Positions 63,569-64,000 of a DNA stretch of 64,000 nucleotides are shown here, one piece after another (position 1 is the first letter of the stretch; every line of letters begins with the position of its first letter). Source of the stretch: Trichodelitschia bisporula (Eukaryota). The stretch spans positions 310,001-374,000 of the forward strand of contig ML996703.1 in assembly GCA_010356995.1 (NCBI GenBank), in the 5' to 3' direction. The position numbers were made by a program, and so were the translations under genes. The notes below the pieces were generated by a model. It did no database searches, was not told the origin of the DNA, and saw only the letters and a list, made by a program, of their open reading frames with translations.

Positions 63569-64000
63569 GCCCGCGAACTAGACTCCGACGACGAGAGCGG
63601 AGTACATCCCGAGTCCGACGCCGATCATGACGACAGTCACGTGCGCCCCCGTTCCTCGCCCGACCCGTCTGCCGGCACGCGCCGTGGGTATCCGTTTTCG
63701 CGTCCCCGCGGTCTCAGCGTTACGGACAGCGATGCGGACCACGATGTCGCGCCGCAGAAGCGTAAGAATCGTCCGCTGAGTTTTCCGGCTTTTGGGTTTG
63801 GGCGGAGGCATGAGGAAGACACGGGCGGGGAGGCGGATGGCGAGGGCGACGTGGATGTGGATCGTACTCCGCGGGCGAGTCGGGTTGAGGGAGAGTGGAA
63901 GGTCCCGGAGGAGGAGGACACGACGCACGCGCCCGGCGGGTGGGCGGCTGCGCAGCCGGGTATGCTACGAGACGTGCGGCTGAGGCATGAGCGGGTTGTG
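63569..64000 (+). CDS. Open exon without its own start codon, running off the window; probable alternative downstream exon of the preceding gene
   Basis: GCTCAC branch, pyrimidine tract and TAG acceptor at 63568, then 144 open codons (ARELDSDDESGVHPE...). Confidence 0.55.

Overview
Gene-dense, GC-rich, intron-containing DNA from a filamentous ascomycete (Pezizomycotina, probably a Dothideomycete; inferred from gene content and GT-AG/CTRAC intron signals). It holds about 26 mostly housekeeping genes: Sec2-like Rab GEF, adjacent PAPS reductase and ATP sulfurylase, CHCH protein, OPT/YSL transporter, SCO1, Nop6-like, SHY1, CENP-T, CMS1, Rac, UBX, GPI2, a Zn2Cys6 factor, CENP-O, a Rim4/Msa1-like RRM protein, SNX3, Sos7, a PA-RING E3, aquaporin, RPL37, SED5 and a Fyv8-like protein. 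The most interesting unexplained structure is two long, imperfect intergenic fold-backs with short loops (about 10014-10292 and 31120-31509), plus a weaker third (37720-37847), which look like hairpin-RNA/milRNA precursors. Also notable: a probable spliced CUG start for the Sec2 gene, alternative terminal exons for the Fyv8-like gene, convergent genes whose stop codons are 1 nt apart, a RIP-like pseudogene, a Helitron-like fragment, and an abrupt C-rich to G-rich switch inside many genes. All gene models were built by eye and family calls come from recognised motifs; no searches or folding programs were run.
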